39,667 bases of DNA from a virus (Duplodnaviria; Heunggongvirae; Uroviricota; Caudoviricetes). The notes under the pieces are model-generated. The model did no database searches. It saw only the letters and a program-made list of their open reading frames with translations, and had not been told where the DNA came from. Both the position numbers and the translations under genes were made by a program. The stretch lies in the IMG/VR virus record IMGVR_UViG_2645727555_000028, positions 1 through 39,667 of that record; one strand, 5' to 3'. This document shows, piece after piece, positions 37,813-39,667 of this stretch (the first letter of the stretch is position 1; each line of letters begins with the position of its first letter).

Positions 37813-38349
37813 CTACTGAGCAAATTTAAGAAAGATATCCTGCAGCTCATCAATGACTGCAGACATCACATAACCGCACTGTTCCATGCGGAAACCAAAA
37901 GACTCGTAATACTGCACCAGTTCTGGTACTGGCTCTACAATGTGGACAACTTTACATTCAACAGCTTTACAAAATATAAAAGCACTCATAAGAGTGAGTA
38001 AAACCATGCGCCCTTTCAATGGGTGAGATTCATCTTCTCTAGAAAACCTTTCGATCATATGGATACGAAAGATGTTTTCTTCAACCCCATAAACACAAAT
38101 TGCTGCTCCTGATGGTATTCCCTGAACCCGACCTTGCTGAACAAGTTTTATGCAGAACTCATACTTTTCTCTGGAGTTGCCATAGGTGCTTAACGCATAG
38201 TCCCATTCAAGCTCACCATAGCCACCACACAGAATCTTGTAATCATCATCACTGAGCGGACCAACAGCAAGAGGTAAGCCGACATGATCAATAATCAACT
38301 GGATATTGTTACGTACAGATTGACCTATCTCGTCTAGGGTAAGCATCAT
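37813..38349 (-). CDS. cargo protein, possibly GNAT-fold acetyltransferase-like
   Basis: 178 aa; AT-rich; ...PLKGRMVLLTL... and ...VQYYESFGF... loosely resemble GNAT motifs A and B; own promoter-like TATAAT upstream. Confidence 0.35.
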   Translation of the reverse strand: MMLTLDEIGQSVRNNIQLIIDHVGLPLAVGPLSDDDYKILCGGYGELEWDYALSTYGNSREKYEFCIKLVQQGRVQGIPSGAAICVYGVEENIFRIHMIERFSREDESHPLKGRMVLLTLMSAFIFCKAVECKVVHIVEPVPELVQYYESFGFRMEQCGYVMSAVIDELQDIFLKFAQ

Positions 38350-38894
38350 AGACTCTCAAGCGGAACACTAAAAATCTCATTATATCTCATTCTGATGCCC
38401 CGCATGGATTACACCTTGAAATGAAAACACCGGGTTCCCAATAGGCACCCACAAAGTGTATAACTACTTGTTTTTCAAAAACGGTACATCCTATCGAGCA
38501 TTGGTGCAACGCTAAACCGACCACTCCAGTGAACGTCAGTTTTTTCAGGCATTGCGCTGGTTTGGTTGATTTTTTGCATTTCAGAATTACCGTGCATTTT
38601 CAAATGTAGAGATTATTTTATCGATATATCATGGGGTTATGTTATTCAGCATCACTATTCAGGAGGCTCAATAGCGGGGTACTATACCATAACAACAGGA
38701 AGCGCCTGTCTCATTGCAAAAGAAAATTGAGATCCTCTCAAGGCATGAAGCTCTCACGAAGTGATGGAAATAATCTTATTAGCCGTTAACTTTGTTAAGG
38801 CCAATGATAAACAATCCAGGTTCGACGATAAATAAATAATCACACATTAAACTCTGGTGATATATCTCCCTGCTAATAGCATTGATAGAGAAAA

Positions 38895-38925
38895 AAGAAC
38901 CCAATAAATATTGGGTCCTTTTATA
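38895..38925 (-). terminator. intrinsic terminator after the 235-aa ORF
   Basis: acccaat-aaat-attgggt hairpin with a T-run on the minus strand (plus-strand gaaaaaagaa before the stem). Confidence 0.55.
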
Positions 38926-38959
38926 TAATGCCTTCCATACTATCGAAGAACTTCACATA

Positions 38960-39667
38960 TTATTTCTCCGATTTAACCCCGAACAAATCATAAATTAATT
39001 TAGAAGTGTCTGTAAGTATTTTAATCTCTTCCTTTGAGGTTGGGTCAAACGACTTCGCGAAGCTAATTAATTGTGGTGCAGCATCTCGCATTTTGCTTAA
39101 AATATCAGGATCGAGCGTTCCTTCATTCACCAGATGTGACATCTTATCCAGATAGCCATCAAAATTCATTTCTCCCCCATCAGCCAGACGCTTCATCTCT
39201 CCCAGGTACTTCTTCATATCACGTTGAGATAATTTTTCAAACTGAGCTTTCAGGTAGCTCTCATTATTTTCATTAATATACACTGTTTCTGATAAATCTG
39301 CGTAGGCACTAGAATATGAAAGTGAAATTAACAGCGAAGCAAATAATTTTAAGCTGTTGTCATCATGTTCCTGGCAGGCATTAACAAACGTTAAAAAACC
39401 AGAACCTATTGCTTGAAAATGTATATTCGCTAAAGGTTCATTATCCTTAGATTCCTCATAAAATAGCTGAACCGTGGAGGGAAGGCCATTCTTAGTTTCT
39501 ACATCAAAAGTACATTGTTCAATGGGAGTCGCATCTTTATTATCCCCAGGATTACATATACTATTAATCGCGAAATGAAAAATAGCCCGGTCAACAACTG
39601 ATGCAATAAAGTCACGATCGTTTAAATCCTCATCAGTGCAATCGTCAATATACTTATTGACCCACAT
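38960..39667 (-). CDS. hypothetical cargo protein (235 aa or more; reaches the window edge)
   Basis: AT-rich ORF with no recognisable family; an ATG sits at the window edge but the gene may extend further. Confidence 0.45.
   Translation of the reverse strand: MWVNKYIDDCTDEDLNDRDFIASVVDRAIFHFAINSICNPGDNKDATPIEQCTFDVETKNGLPSTVQLFYEESKDNEPLANIHFQAIGSGFLTFVNACQEHDDNSLKLFASLLISLSYSSAYADLSETVYINENNESYLKAQFEKLSQRDMKKYLGEMKRLADGGEMNFDGYLDKMSHLVNEGTLDPDILSKMRDAAPQLISFAKSFDPTSKEEIKILTDTSKLIYDLFGVKSEK

Noticed and set aside
1-39667. CRISPR arrays, rRNA or tRNA genes
   Set aside because: No short regularly spaced direct repeats with unique spacers and no cloverleaf or rRNA-like segments were seen; the only tandem repeats are the iteron-like units inside the replication gene

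Overview
Nearly the whole 39.7 kb window reads as one temperate-phage (prophage) genome of the e14/lambdoid type with a Mu-like contractile tail and an HK97-like head. From left to right: an SOS-boxed DinI-like gene and an AT-rich cargo gene (zinc-ribbon plus a domain I recall as DUF4145-like); a Pin-type invertase with an invertible tail-fibre cassette flanked by gix/hix-like sites; baseplate, tape-measure, tube and sheath genes; head-tail connectors; capsid, protease, portal and terminase genes plus an HNH endonuclease; small moron ORFs; a lambda-like lysis cassette (holin, R, Rz/Rz1); antiterminator Q; a nin-like region (DUF968, KilA-N, RusA, LexA-like, Dam methylase); an O-like replication gene with internal iteron-like repeats; and a cro/CI switch with operator palindromes. 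To the right of CI, an unusual ORF-free structured leader of about 0.7 kb sits between a PL-like promoter and a plus-strand early operon (YfdQ/YfdR-like, DUF551, 3'-5' exonuclease, PrtN/Xis-like). The window ends in an AT-rich cargo island (57-aa ORF, GNAT-like protein, 235-aa unknown) where an integrase would be expected. The best candidates for undescribed biology are the two AT-rich cargo ends, the ORF-free leader, and the small morons in the late region. All calls come from reading the ORF translations and DNA motifs by eye; no database search or computation was run, so family assignments rest on remembered sequence and domain features.
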